Positions 47,869 through 59,153 of a stretch of 64,000 nucleotides of DNA are shown here, piece after piece. A program made the position numbers and the translations under genes. The notes under the pieces were generated by a model that saw nothing but the letters and a program-made list of their open reading frames with translations, was not told the DNA's origin and did not search any database. Each line of letters opens with the position of its first letter. The stretch's first letter is position 1. This stretch comes from Histomonas meleagridis 2922-C6/04-290x (lineage: Eukaryota; Protista; Parabasalia), in the NCBI GenBank assembly GCA_020184695.1, contig JAANOX010000034.1:248001-312000 (forward strand), read 5' to 3'.

Positions 47869-47899
47869 GTTAAAAATAAAACATGTCAATACCAAATGT

Positions 47900-48232
47900 T
47901 TAGATTGTACTTGGGAAAAGCATAACGCGAACCTTTTTACCAAGCATGATTGGTGGGAGATTACGATCAAATTTAGCACGAACAACACCACTGTTTCCAT
48001 TAGGTTGTGTGATAACACCCCAGTTAATATGGGCGTCAATCTTCTTTCCATCCTTGCCAACTTTAGCTTTAACATATGATGCAACTTTCTTTCCAACATA
48101 AAATTGTGCTTCTTCTTTTGAATTTACTCCACTGATTTGAAGAAGTGCTTGATTTGGATTGATTTGACGCTTGCTACGACGGAATGATGTGAAAACAGCA
48201 CTAACCCAAAGTTTTGGTTCTTGTGTAGACAT
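47900..48232 (-). CDS. RPL35A: 60S ribosomal protein L35a (eL33), 110 aa from the Met at 48232
   Basis: FTSFRRSKRQINPNQALLQISGV...WGVITQPNGNSGVVRAKFDRNLPP...VRVMLFPSTI. Confidence 0.95.
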   Translation of the reverse strand: MSTQEPKLWVSAVFTSFRRSKRQINPNQALLQISGVNSKEEAQFYVGKKVASYVKAKVGKDGKKIDAHINWGVITQPNGNSGVVRAKFDRNLPPIMLGKKVRVMLFPSTI

Positions 48233-48240
48233 CTGATGAA

Positions 48241-48245
48241 AAAGG
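48241..48245 (-). promoter_or_regulatory. M5-like CCTTT core promoter element
   Basis: GGCCTTTTTCATCAGATG, 8 nt before the ATG at 48232; in T. vaginalis M5 is associated with ribosomal protein genes. Confidence 0.55.
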
Positions 48246-48767
48246 CCGACCAAACCTCCGATAAAGGGCAAAATTTATCCCTTTGTGGTTTTTATTAAAA
48301 AAACAGTTTAACCGTTTATTTGTAAATTACTCAAAAATTCTGGCGAAAGAAAGCTTGCTGTTAACAGTTATTTGACAAATAAATTTCAGCCGGTGTTGTA
48401 ATCTTATCATCAAAAAACAACGAAATAAATAATTGAAATTTTCATAAAAAAAACTGATATATGTGTTCAAAATTTGACAATCTCGAAATTGAATGTTATA
48501 TTCAATTTTTGTCTGACAGGGAAATTCAGGCATCTTGCCCTGCAATTTTCTCTCGTTATAGCTGTAACAAGCCATGATTTTATCCCTATAATTCATTGCC
48601 ATGAAATAGACTATCATTTGCTCAATTTTTGAAGAGGTTTTAGGAATAATATATTTTTAAATTCGAGTAAAAAATTGTTTTTAGACAATAAAAACCATAT
48701 CATTGGCAAGTAAATTTTAACATAAACAAGACTTCATATAAAAAATAATCAATAAAATGATTTTTTT

Positions 48768-49145
48768 TTAGATACAATTTTCAAATGCCTGAATAAACAT
48801 CTGATATGATTGGTCTCCGAAGTCAAGATCAAGCATATTCTGTAACGTTTCGATTGTATGCTGCTTATGGCTATAAATTATACCATTAATAAGAGAATTT
48901 TTTTCCATGGCTATTACGGAAAAAAGTTGAGCAATTTTGAACCTAATTTTCCCCATTATATCATCTGATACGGCGAAAATGAAAAGATCGTTAATTAGTT
49001 TGTTTAAATTTTCTTCATCAAGTGAAGCAATTTGTCTATTAATTCTTCTAATGATCTCGAAGCTCCAAGCCCTATTCATCTGATTTGCCTCTGATATTAT
49101 ATCTTGTCTTATCTTCTCTGTATCAGGTTTTATCACGTAGCACAT
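48768..49145 (-). CDS. Hypothetical 125-aa helical protein
   Basis: Coding-like composition in a gene-dense block; no recognised motif. Confidence 0.55.
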   Translation of the reverse strand: MCYVIKPDTEKIRQDIISEANQMNRAWSFEIIRRINRQIASLDEENLNKLINDLFIFAVSDDIMGKIRFKIAQLFSVIAMEKNSLINGIIYSHKQHTIETLQNMLDLDFGDQSYQMFIQAFENCI

Positions 49146-49345
49146 TAATTTGAATTTGTCAAAAATGTGTTAAAAAACTGATATTGAAAAATTGGATTTT
49201 TCTGCGTTGAAAAAGTGAACACAACCGACGATGAAAGCTGAAAATTTGTACTTGCCAACGACCAACAGAAAAATTGTGAGTTTTATAAGCACAAAAATTG
49301 AACGCTAAAGTCCGGTGTATTGAAAACGAAACCAAATTTGAGTTT

Positions 49346-52162
49346 TTACTCGGTTTCACATTCACGTGACATTTTCAACAAATTATACTCTTTACCTTCC
49401 TCGTCCACACTTCTAAATGAGTTGATATCGCTCACAATTTGTTGGTTAATGTCAAAGTTGATATCCTTTCCCCAATCCTTCAACAAGAACGAGCATGGAG
49501 AGTAATAATACTTTTGCTTCGTGAAGTTAATACCTTCTTCGTTGTTAGGAAGCGTTTTCCTCGTCGGATTACCATCTTCGACAAATGTCATATCTGTCAG
49601 CCATGGTCCGAGATATGGCAGCGTCATATTCACAGGACAACTGTTGAGCGCCGCTTTGTACTTGCCGAACTTACGGAATGGCGCTGTCAGGTCGGAAAGT
49701 TTTGTGTATCGATCTTTCAATTCTTTGTCGATCTTTGACCACGTCTTCTTGAGACGGATAATCGCAGGGTTTGTCAGCGCCCCATCGATTTCGAACAACA
49801 GGTTAAAGTTATTAACATTCAGTGCTGCATCCATAACACTAATCCATCCGCCCAAAATTTTCGCTCGTTCTTTTAGACGCTTTTCAGTCAAAATAGTATA
49901 ACCGACAAGTACAGATGTCTTGTTGAAATGCCTCGTTAGCTCAGACAGGTTTGGCGATATCGTGTCGCGATTCGGCCTGCTCCAGTTACACTTCACAAAT
50001 TCGTATCGTTCTATTGAAACGAACTTTTTCAATTCGACGAACATGAAATGCTTTGCGAGAATTACCGGATCTGTTCGCAATGGGAATGGCTTTGTTGAGT
50101 CGTAAGGTAGATCCAAAAATGTCGGCTGCTTAATTGATCTTGGTGGTTGATAAGTTTTCGTATTATTGAATAAATCAATTGATTTCACAAATGTATCAAT
50201 AGCACCTTCTTGTTTCTTAGACTTATCTAATTGACTGAGTGTATTAAATATCAAGTGCACATTCAATCTCAAATCTTTTGATTCAGGTAACCCCACAAAA
50301 TCATGCGTGAAGTCATATCTCCATGTATAGAAAAAGTTGATCGTATCGTTGACGATAGCGTCCGTTAATTGATCGGTGTTCGGCAACCCGTAGGGGTTGG
50401 AACCGTTTTGGTATTCCTTCAGGAAGCCGTTAATCATTTCAGTCAACAACGTTAACGAAGTACCTGTGTTGTGCCACCCCAAAATGAACTGGTGGTGGTA
50501 ACGGTCTTTGAACACGTGTGGATGAAACAGCAAAGCAACGAGTGCATTCAATGAGGCCACTTCAATGTTAGCCTCGTTTTCATTCGTAAGACTAATCTCA
50601 CACTCATCCGGCATGAAGCCAACAAGTCCTTCGTCGCCGTGGAACAAACTCTCTGACTGCTCCTTGAGTATTCTCTCCGACTGCTGCGAGAAACTCTTCT
50701 CTGGATCGACACTTCTCAGTAAGTCACTCATAGCCTTCTCGAGACGCCGTTGTAATTCTTCAATTTGATTTGTGATGTTTTGTAATGATTTCGCATTGTT
50801 ATTTGCTAAGTCATTCAGTAAGTTATGTTGCTGCTCAAACAAACTCTCTAATTCGCCAACAAGTCGACGGCGCGCAACTGTACTTGTCTCGCTTCGGAAC
50901 CGATTGTAGATGTCTTGGACAGTGGCGATTCCTTGGTCATACTTCTGGATGAACGTTTGGTTGTATGCGATACTGTTGTTCTGATGCTCAATGTTAACGC
51001 GAATGGAATCGATTTTCTCGTTGATGCTTTCGTATTTGGAGATGAGCTTCTTGTTGAGGAATTTGTTTTGGTGTTTGGATTTCGCTTCTTCATCAAGTTT
51101 CTCTGTCTCTTTATGAAGTTGTTGATTAGTTTCTTTGAGTTGATTTTGAATTGTTTCAAGTTCTTTAAGTTCTTCTTGATTATCTGATAGAACTTTAAGT
51201 ACATCGGATTTCTGTTCAATGTGGTCCTTAAGAGTCTGATGGATTAAGACATCAACTTTCTTGTAATGGTTTAAGTAGTCGTCCCGGATTTCGGAATATA
51301 TTTGCTTCACTTCACTTTCTTGTTGCTTGGCTTGTTGAAGCTGGAAATTGGCCGAAAGGAGTTTGCTGTACTCTTCCGAACGCTCTTGAAGTGCTGTTAC
51401 TTCTGATTGGAGTTGTTTGACTAATTGAATATTGGAGCTGGGAATACCCTTCTTGGTAAGACAGAGGTTCAAATCTTCTTGGAGCTTCGAAAATTGGCGT
51501 TGATATTGGTTGTTAAAGAGATTTAATTCGATGGAATCAACATCGGCTTTGATACGTTTCTTCTCGGTTTCAATAAGTTCTTTCTGATAGGTTTCATCAA
51601 GTTGTTTGATTTGTTCTTTATGCTTCATTAATTTTTGCATTCCGGCTTGCGTTTCAGATGCAAGCTTTTCTTCCATTTCATTGGCCCATTTACGGTCTTC
51701 GGCAAGCTGGGCTTGAAGGTCATCTCTTTCATCTCTAAGATTTGTTGATTCACGTTCTAAATAATCTATTGACTTTTTCAATGATTCTTTTCGTGCGTAT
51801 AATTGACGTACGGTCTTTGCTATGCTCTTAAATTCGTTCATTTTTTGACTTTGATAAATTTCAGGGATTTCCATTTTTGTATCTGGAACAAGACGATTAA
51901 GAATTTCTTGAGCTTTTACTGCTTTAGCTTGTACTCCTGCAAGTCTTTTATATTGTACTTGAACAAGTTCTTCTTCATCAGGGCGCACAGGATGTGTTTG
52001 AACATATTGATAAAAATTGTGAATATCTGCTTCAAGTTGATTTTTCTTTTGAACTAATGTTTGATTATAATCAGTATATTGTTTGCAAGCTTGAACATAT
52101 TGACTCAGTTGATTAGTATATTCATTATATTGTCTATTAAGTTCAGCAATGTCATTATCCAT
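49346..52162 (-). CDS. RasGEF (CDC25) domain protein with an N-terminal coiled coil
   Basis: ELTRHFNKTSVLV...RAKILGGWISVMDAALNVNNFNLLFEIDGAL...IIRLKKTWSK...LPYLGPWLTDMTFVEDGNP. Confidence 0.92.
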   Translation of the reverse strand: MDNDIAELNRQYNEYTNQLSQYVQACKQYTDYNQTLVQKKNQLEADIHNFYQYVQTHPVRPDEEELVQVQYKRLAGVQAKAVKAQEILNRLVPDTKMEIPEIYQSQKMNEFKSIAKTVRQLYARKESLKKSIDYLERESTNLRDERDDLQAQLAEDRKWANEMEEKLASETQAGMQKLMKHKEQIKQLDETYQKELIETEKKRIKADVDSIELNLFNNQYQRQFSKLQEDLNLCLTKKGIPSSNIQLVKQLQSEVTALQERSEEYSKLLSANFQLQQAKQQESEVKQIYSEIRDDYLNHYKKVDVLIHQTLKDHIEQKSDVLKVLSDNQEELKELETIQNQLKETNQQLHKETEKLDEEAKSKHQNKFLNKKLISKYESINEKIDSIRVNIEHQNNSIAYNQTFIQKYDQGIATVQDIYNRFRSETSTVARRRLVGELESLFEQQHNLLNDLANNNAKSLQNITNQIEELQRRLEKAMSDLLRSVDPEKSFSQQSERILKEQSESLFHGDEGLVGFMPDECEISLTNENEANIEVASLNALVALLFHPHVFKDRYHHQFILGWHNTGTSLTLLTEMINGFLKEYQNGSNPYGLPNTDQLTDAIVNDTINFFYTWRYDFTHDFVGLPESKDLRLNVHLIFNTLSQLDKSKKQEGAIDTFVKSIDLFNNTKTYQPPRSIKQPTFLDLPYDSTKPFPLRTDPVILAKHFMFVELKKFVSIERYEFVKCNWSRPNRDTISPNLSELTRHFNKTSVLVGYTILTEKRLKERAKILGGWISVMDAALNVNNFNLLFEIDGALTNPAIIRLKKTWSKIDKELKDRYTKLSDLTAPFRKFGKYKAALNSCPVNMTLPYLGPWLTDMTFVEDGNPTRKTLPNNEEGINFTKQKYYYSPCSFLLKDWGKDINFDINQQIVSDINSFRSVDEEGKEYNLLKMSRECETE

Positions 52163-52556
52163 TTTATTTTGTCACTTTTATGCGGGAACCGTTAAATATG
52201 TAACAACTTTCATCAACTCAATTTCTTTCTGCAATCTTCTTCAAAATCGTTCAAATAATAATTTTTCATAAATAAACTTTTTTTATTTATTTTATATTCC
52301 AAATACATTGTATTTGGGATTTATCTGAAAATGATAAAATGTCAAATACTATAAAATATAAAATATAAATTACATAACTAAAATGTTTGTTACATAAAAA
52401 AAGAAAAACCAAAATTAAATGCTTTTAATGTTCACATTTTAAATTTGGTGGAATCAATTTTCATTTTGTTGAATAATATTCATAAATTGTTAACGTGCAC
52501 ATTTACCACTTTTTGAATATTTTCATATATTAACGTATTTATTAGAACGTTTGCAG

Positions 52557-55193
52557 ATGTTTTTCTTGCTTTTACAAATTATTAATTCTGCAGACAATTC
52601 ACCCCTTAACGAAACAACATGTACAGAAGGACAATATTATAGTTGGTATACTTTAGATTGTAAAACATGCCCAGGAACAAATCAAATAGTCAAAGATGGT
52701 TCATGTGCCTGCAATGATGAATCTTTATATATTGATCCAACAACTGGTAATTGCGTTTCATGTGATAGTGGCAAAATATTCAATAATTTTTGTTATGATA
52801 CAAATAATTTTGAAACAACACGAAATTCCATTACTACATATAACAGTATTAGTGTCTCTTTTAACAAAAATAAAATTCTTTCCGATAGATTTGTAACTGC
52901 AACAGCAAGTGTAAATCAAACACAACTTGATAAATTAAAAGATGCTTATGCCTCTTGTTCATTAAGTAATAAACTTGATCAAAAGAGTTGTGAATTGGTT
53001 GCAAATTTTTATGCTTATTCAAGTTATCGAACAGATTCTTTAATATCTCAGTATACCAATATAATTCAACCAACAACAGGAGGACAACATGGAATCATTG
53101 CTTGGCCTGTTGATGAGCCTTTTATTACATATACGATATCATATCAAAGTGCGCTTGATGATCATTACATCAATTCCAATTTTAATTATGACTCACTTAT
53201 TACGCTTTATCTTGCTAAGTTTAAAGCAGATGGAACTTTTATTGGTCTTAGTGAAGTTACAACAGATCTAAATTATTGTAATGAAACAAATCGAAATAGT
53301 CAACTTTGGAGAAGATTTGGTACAAACTTTTATAGCTCTTGTTATTTTAATTTACTTAATGAGCTTACATCACATGAAGATGAACTATTTGATCTTTACA
53401 TTGCTGATGGGGAAATAAACGGTCACCAAATTCTTCGTCCTGTTCCAGTTCTTATTCGTAATTATTATGATAGTTCCATGGGATATGTAAATTCCGTTGA
53501 TAGTAGTTCTTCACGATATAGGCTCTTTCGCCGATTTTTTGTCAAAGATACATTTCTTACCAATGATTATATTCAATATGCGTCTGATATCACACTTCAA
53601 CTTCAAATTGATGATACTGATCCACAAAAAATGATTCCACCAGTATTAATCATTGAATATGAACAATGTTCAATTGCTACACTTACTACAACAGCAACTA
53701 CTCAATCAGAATTAATTAATTCTGTTGATCCTAAAAACATAACGAATGATCATGAAGAAATTGGCATTCCAAGTTTTTCTTTTAATGTTTTATATACGCG
53801 TGATATTTCTAGTTTTTGGCGAAGTGCTATTATAGCATTAATAGTTATATTTGTATTAGCATTTGCTTTATGGGTTGGTCGATCATTTATATATGCAAAG
53901 AACCACAAGAACGATCAAACAATAGTGTTAAAGTTCATAACATTTTTCTGTGTAATTTTTGGATATGCGATTTTATTACTATGTTTTATAATGACCTTCT
54001 TTTTCTACTTTATCTTTTATAAATGGCAATCCGTAGGTTATCGATGTTTACCACCTGAAGATGAATTATGGCTTTTATCATTATTTGTATGGATTGGATT
54101 TGGTTTATTATTTATTGGTTCTATTTTACATATCTTTTCACAAACTAATTCAAGGATATTCATGATTGATTGGGAGAACCCACATAAAGAAGGCGTAAGT
54201 GTATCTGCATGGAGACGTATAATGGTATCTAATGAATGGAATCGAATTATCTCAATTCGAAGTTATTCAATGAGTTTTACTATTTTGTTTTTATTGTTTT
54301 TACTTGAGGGATTCGATTTACAATTATTAGCATCGCCTATACCTCGAACGGATTTAATTGATGTTGGTATAACATATAAAATATTACGTTTTGCTTTCAC
54401 AACTTTTCTTTGGATCCTTTTAATGATTTTCGAATATATTGTTAATATCATTTTTTGGGTAATTTTCGGTAATCCATTTTTGAACTTCATTGATCTTTGT
54501 GCGACTTCAAATATATCCGTTTTAATACTTTCAAGTCCTACAACTGGATTTTATATTCATGGACGTTCGATACATGCACATGCTGATGATGAAATGTCGA
54601 AATTACATGAACAATTAACTAATGAAGCTAAAGATAACGTCGGATTACGTGGTTTAGTACAAAATACTAATGATCAAGTTTTCCATATTTATCTTTCACA
54701 GAATTTCGGGTTATCATCAAAGGCTATGTATGAAGCTATTCGACAAAGATATAGTAAAAAGGCTATAGCTATAGCTAAAGCACAAAACATACGAAGTAAA
54801 ATCGAAGTCGAAGCTATGGCTGCTTATAATGGTTTGAACCAATATTTTAGGCGATTCTTTGAGGCTTCAGAATCAGAACATAAATATATAATACAAAAGG
54901 AATCAATGATGGAAAAAATTTTGGATTGGGGACCACAAGTTAATGAAGAAACTATATTAACGATTAGTGGCGATTACTCGTATAGAAAATCTTTGATGTG
55001 TGGTATAGAATGGACTTTATGTGCAATGTGTTTGTTGTTGTTCGCAGGTATAGAAATGGAAACTCAATCTCCAACTATAGCTGCATTCATGACATTCATT
55101 GTGGATCAGATATTAGTGAGATTCTTTAGATATAGAGCGAAACGAAATTTGGCTGAAAAGGCAATTCTTGATAAGAAATTCCTTATTTCGTAG
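52557..55193 (+). CDS. TMEM67: Meckelin (ciliary transition-zone protein)
   Basis: Signal peptide, Cys-rich N-terminus, RRFF, FMIDWENP, VSAWRRIMVSNEWN, NFIDLCATSNISV, FYIHGRS; ATG at 52557. Confidence 0.92.
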   Translation: MFFLLLQIINSADNSPLNETTCTEGQYYSWYTLDCKTCPGTNQIVKDGSCACNDESLYIDPTTGNCVSCDSGKIFNNFCYDTNNFETTRNSITTYNSISVSFNKNKILSDRFVTATASVNQTQLDKLKDAYASCSLSNKLDQKSCELVANFYAYSSYRTDSLISQYTNIIQPTTGGQHGIIAWPVDEPFITYTISYQSALDDHYINSNFNYDSLITLYLAKFKADGTFIGLSEVTTDLNYCNETNRNSQLWRRFGTNFYSSCYFNLLNELTSHEDELFDLYIADGEINGHQILRPVPVLIRNYYDSSMGYVNSVDSSSSRYRLFRRFFVKDTFLTNDYIQYASDITLQLQIDDTDPQKMIPPVLIIEYEQCSIATLTTTATTQSELINSVDPKNITNDHEEIGIPSFSFNVLYTRDISSFWRSAIIALIVIFVLAFALWVGRSFIYAKNHKNDQTIVLKFITFFCVIFGYAILLLCFIMTFFFYFIFYKWQSVGYRCLPPEDELWLLSLFVWIGFGLLFIGSILHIFSQTNSRIFMIDWENPHKEGVSVSAWRRIMVSNEWNRIISIRSYSMSFTILFLLFLLEGFDLQLLASPIPRTDLIDVGITYKILRFAFTTFLWILLMIFEYIVNIIFWVIFGNPFLNFIDLCATSNISVLILSSPTTGFYIHGRSIHAHADDEMSKLHEQLTNEAKDNVGLRGLVQNTNDQVFHIYLSQNFGLSSKAMYEAIRQRYSKKAIAIAKAQNIRSKIEVEAMAAYNGLNQYFRRFFEASESEHKYIIQKESMMEKILDWGPQVNEETILTISGDYSYRKSLMCGIEWTLCAMCLLLFAGIEMETQSPTIAAFMTFIVDQILVRFFRYRAKRNLAEKAILDKKFLIS

Positions 55194-55258
55194 ATAATTA
55201 TATAAATAATTTGTTTTATTTAAAATTGTTTAAAAAAAAATGTGTGTGAAAAACTTTT

Positions 55259-55822
55259 TTATTCCTCTTCTTCCTTGGAGTATTTAACTTTGTTGGCTTT
55301 GATTGATCCATCTTCGCTCAAGGTGTAAATGTAAGCAATGGCAGTTGTCCCTTGGACATTTAAAAGTATAAATGATGGAACTGGGTGTGATTGTGTTGAT
55401 GTAAAGGCACCTGTTGCTGATCCAGGATCTAAATAAAAACATCCGTCATATATATAAGCAGATGCTTTGTGAGTGCCTCCATGAACAAGGATGTCAACAT
55501 CAAGTTCACGTTGCTTAATTGCGAGTCTTGATTTATCTTCAAGTGGGAAAAGATTATAACTACTAACAAGTCCAACACGAAAACCGCCGATAGTAAGAAC
55601 TGTTTGTTCAATATTGCTAATGCAATCATCATCGTTTTCACCACGAACAACAACAATTTCATTACATATTGTTCTCAAGTAATCCATTTCTGATTTAACG
55701 CAAACATTACCAGTACAAAGAATCTGATGAATCTTTCCTGGGACAAGGTTTTCTCTGAATATTTTGGATATTTCGTGAGCCTTGTAAGGAATATGGAGAT
55801 CGCCAATTATGAGGACAAGCAT
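55259..55822 (-). CDS. VPS29: Retromer subunit Vps29 (187 aa from MLVLIIGDLHIP)
   Basis: LIIGDLHIP, PGKIHQILCTGN, VVRGEND, RELDVDILVHGGTH, DPGSATGA. Confidence 0.95.
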   Translation of the reverse strand: MLVLIIGDLHIPYKAHEISKIFRENLVPGKIHQILCTGNVCVKSEMDYLRTICNEIVVVRGENDDDCISNIEQTVLTIGGFRVGLVSSYNLFPLEDKSRLAIKQRELDVDILVHGGTHKASAYIYDGCFYLDPGSATGAFTSTQSHPVPSFILLNVQGTTAIAYIYTLSEDGSIKANKVKYSKEEEE

Positions 55823-55977
55823 GAACGTGATGGCGGTTTTGACACTGTGTTTTTTTAGATTGACTTGATATTGATCGTCAATGGTTTCAATCTCTCTCAA
55901 CTCAAAAATTTGTAAACAATTGAATTGAGGGGTGCTCCGATTTTTGATAATCTTTATTTGGACGATAAAATTCAAAT

Positions 55978-57249
55978 ATGGACTTTGCTGCTGTTGAAGC
56001 ACAGTATAACCAAATTCAAGCTGAATATGACAAATCGATCAACTATGCTAAACTCTCGAGCTATAGGTTACAAGTAATATATGATTATTTTACATCATTA
56101 ATATCAACTTATAATAATTATAAAAAATTACCACGAATTAAGACTACTAAAGACGAAACAAAATCAAACTCAATCGGATGTCTTGGAAGACAAAATGTTC
56201 ATTTTTCATACTTTGTTGAATTTTCAGAAATGATAAAGAATCAACAGACATCAATGTATGATTTTCTCACCACTACAATAATTGAAGTTCTTAAAAACCT
56301 TATTGATCAACGAGAAAATTTTATTGAGGAAATACGTAAAAATGTTAGTGAAGCCTGTAAGAAACGGAACAACCTTCTGTCAGAAATCAAGAAACTTTAT
56401 TCTAATTATGCCAGTCTTGCAAAAAGCATTGAAAAGCAATATGTAAAATTATCAAAAACCACAGATCAAAAACTCCTTGCAAAACTCCAAGCCGATTTCA
56501 CTGCTTCCATTACTAGTTACAGTAACCATGCGTCTCGGATCAGTAGTACTATACAATTTTTCAATTCAGCAAATCAATTTTACATGTCACAAGTCATTGC
56601 CGCCAAACAAACCATTTATAATCAAGAGCCACAGCGCCTTGTTGTTGTTCAGCAACTTTTGCAACAAATTGTGCCCACATTTCAACAAAGTTCATCATTA
56701 TATAATCAATTTATCCAAAAGATTTCATCATGTCCTGTCACATGGGAGAGTGAATTCTTAGAATTCATCAACGCGAACAAGATCGTACGATTTGAAATGA
56801 CGCCGAAACATTTTCAATCATTTCCATTGACATTTGACGATCCCCAATTCACAATCGAAATCATATATCCGCACGCGTGCATTGATTTCCCATTATACAT
56901 TGCCGAAGTTATCAACGACTGTACCGATAATTCGGAGAAATATCACTTGAAAGTTAGAAAAGGCGAATTTTTGTTTTTGTTCGATTCGCCGAACCAAAAA
57001 TTCGTTCTCGCGAAGAACCCTAAAGACGGAACGAAGGGATATGTTCCGACGGACGTTTTGCAGGTCTCACAAAGGAAAACAGTACTTGTGAAAGCGCCGC
57101 AACTGAAGCTTTCGAAGGACGACTTGGAAGTGCAGACGGGCGAAATGCTGTTTTTGATCAGCGAGAAAGATGATATGTTTATGTGCGAGAACGTTTTTGG
57201 AGATAAGGGTAACGTGAGAAGCGAATTCATATTCATGGACAACATTTGA
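55978..57249 (+). CDS. F-BAR-like helical domain plus two SH3 domains
   Basis: Coiled-coil N-terminus; HLKVRKGEFL...KGYVPTDVL and LEVQTGEML...KGNVRSEFI are SH3-like. Confidence 0.7.
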   Translation: MDFAAVEAQYNQIQAEYDKSINYAKLSSYRLQVIYDYFTSLISTYNNYKKLPRIKTTKDETKSNSIGCLGRQNVHFSYFVEFSEMIKNQQTSMYDFLTTTIIEVLKNLIDQRENFIEEIRKNVSEACKKRNNLLSEIKKLYSNYASLAKSIEKQYVKLSKTTDQKLLAKLQADFTASITSYSNHASRISSTIQFFNSANQFYMSQVIAAKQTIYNQEPQRLVVVQQLLQQIVPTFQQSSSLYNQFIQKISSCPVTWESEFLEFINANKIVRFEMTPKHFQSFPLTFDDPQFTIEIIYPHACIDFPLYIAEVINDCTDNSEKYHLKVRKGEFLFLFDSPNQKFVLAKNPKDGTKGYVPTDVLQVSQRKTVLVKAPQLKLSKDDLEVQTGEMLFLISEKDDMFMCENVFGDKGNVRSEFIFMDNI

Positions 57250-57778
57250 TTATGAAATAAACTTAGGATTCTAATTAAGTTTTGACGCTTTTAATTGGAA
57301 ATATTTACGATCGAAATTTAAGCGGAAATAAAAAATCTGATGATTCCAAAATAATAAAATGATAAGTAACTATCTACTAAAGCATTTAATATTTAGTTGA
57401 AATATTTTATTTAATTACTTTTTAAAAATTCATTGTGAACTTTAATCAAATTTTATTAAAATTTATTATAACACACAATTGTAATTCATGTAATACCAAT
57501 ATAATATTAATCTTCTTTGCAAAACCCTTGTAAAAATTTTGTCTAAACAGCTTTATTATATCTACAAAAATTTGTGTGATGTTATTGTTTTGCTTAATGT
57601 TAAAAAATCTTTAGTGAATTATAATTAATACTTCAAAAATTGAATATTATACTGCAATATAATAATAAAACTTTCCATTTAAATAAAATCCACAATATTG
57701 CATGGTATATTAGGTAATCAGATATTTAAAATAAAAAGAAATATAATTCATTGAATTTTACTTCAATTTGTTTTTAAT

Positions 57779-58633
57779 TTAGTCAGGAAGAGCCATATTT
57801 GTATACATCGCTTCTTGTTGAGAAAGTGACATATTGTAAAATCTTACTCCTTTATCTATAGCCCGGATTTCATTCATTTCTTCTGGTGTTAGTTCGAAGT
57901 CAAAGATATCGATATTATCTTTGATATGTTGAGGATTTGAAGACTTAGGGATAGCAATATTACCTTCTTGAATATGCCAACGAAGGATAATTTGTACATT
58001 GTTTTTCCCATATTTCTTAGCAAGTTTTGTGAAAACTGCTTCATTAATTAACCTATGATTTCCATGTCCAATTGGATACCAACTTTCAAGAATTGTTCCG
58101 TAAGGTGCAATTCGTTTTTTAAGGTCATTTTGTTGATAATATGGATGGCATTCAACTTGGAGAACAGATGGTTTTATAGTAGCAAAGTTAAAAACTTCTT
58201 CCAAACGTTCTGATTCAAAGTTACTTAATCCAATTGATCTAACTTTACCAGCATGTACAGCTTTTTCCATATCTTTCCATGCACCTTTATAATCTCCAAC
58301 TTGTTGATGAAGAAGTAAAAGATCAATGTAATTGGTTTGAAGACGTTGAAGCATTTTATCAATGGCTGCTGTTGTTTTTCCTTCACCATAATCACTTGGC
58401 CAAAGCTTTGATGTAACCCATATTTCTTCACGTGGAATTCCACTTTCTTTAATTGCTGCACCAACGCCGCGTTCATTTTGATATGCATGTGCTGTATCAA
58501 TATGGCGATAACCAAGTGAAAGTGCTTGAAGGCATGCATTCTTGGTATTAGAATCACCATGAATCATAAAAACGCCAAATCCGAACTGAGGAATTTTTGT
58601 TCCATCATTTAGAGTGATATAAGTTTGATTCAT
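57779..58633 (-). CDS. Aldo-keto reductase (2,5-DKG reductase-like, bacterial type); start MNQTYITL at 58633
   Basis: GYRHIDTAHAY, VTSKLW, LLLH, RSIGLSNF, LQVECHPYY, ILRWHIQEG, IPKSSNPQHIKDNIDIFDFELT. Confidence 0.93.
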   Translation of the reverse strand: MNQTYITLNDGTKIPQFGFGVFMIHGDSNTKNACLQALSLGYRHIDTAHAYQNERGVGAAIKESGIPREEIWVTSKLWPSDYGEGKTTAAIDKMLQRLQTNYIDLLLLHQQVGDYKGAWKDMEKAVHAGKVRSIGLSNFESERLEEVFNFATIKPSVLQVECHPYYQQNDLKKRIAPYGTILESWYPIGHGNHRLINEAVFTKLAKKYGKNNVQIILRWHIQEGNIAIPKSSNPQHIKDNIDIFDFELTPEEMNEIRAIDKGVRFYNMSLSQQEAMYTNMALPD

Positions 58634-58637
58634 AAAT

Positions 58638-58643
58638 AAGTGA
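58638..58643 (-). promoter_or_regulatory. Inr-like element TCACTT
   Basis: TCACTTATTTATG directly precedes the AKR start. Confidence 0.6.
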
Positions 58644-59135
58644 AGCGTAGAATTTGAACAATAAATTTCCAAATTAATTCATTTTTCAATGAGTTGATTC
58701 TGAATTACCGATAAATTTTGAATTAACTAAAAGCCGACCAAAAAAAAATTGAAAAATGATAATAAAATAATAAAACCATTTAATTGATTTTTATTGTTGT
58801 GCATTCATTCTTTATTAAATTTAGCTGGTTTAATTTTTATGTTATGTAAAATATTAGGAAGCAATATATATCATGTGTATTTTTTATTTCGAGATCAGAT
58901 CTGTTCCTGCTATTTATTTTACATGAACAATTTTTTCAAATTGTTGTCATTTCTATTGTGTACGCACCTTGAAGTGTTGTAATACATTGTGTCTATATAA
59001 TAATTTATGTTTATATTTGATAAATTACCAGAAATTGGTCAAATCTAGTGCATATTGTAAACAAATTTTCTTTTTTAGAAAACCAAAATTGTAAATCGTT
59101 TCCTTTAGGCTTCAGGAATATGTAACTTAAAGTTT

Positions 59136-59153
59136 ATATATATATATATATAT
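59136..59153. repeat. (TA)n microsatellite
   Basis: A tatatata... run is visible. Confidence 0.85.

Noticed and set aside
55823-56002. N-terminal extensions of VPS29 (and of RPL35A to 48271, AKR to 58672)
   Set aside because: Homology starts at the downstream Met, promoter-like motifs sit just before those Mets, and the VPS29 extension overlaps the divergent gene.
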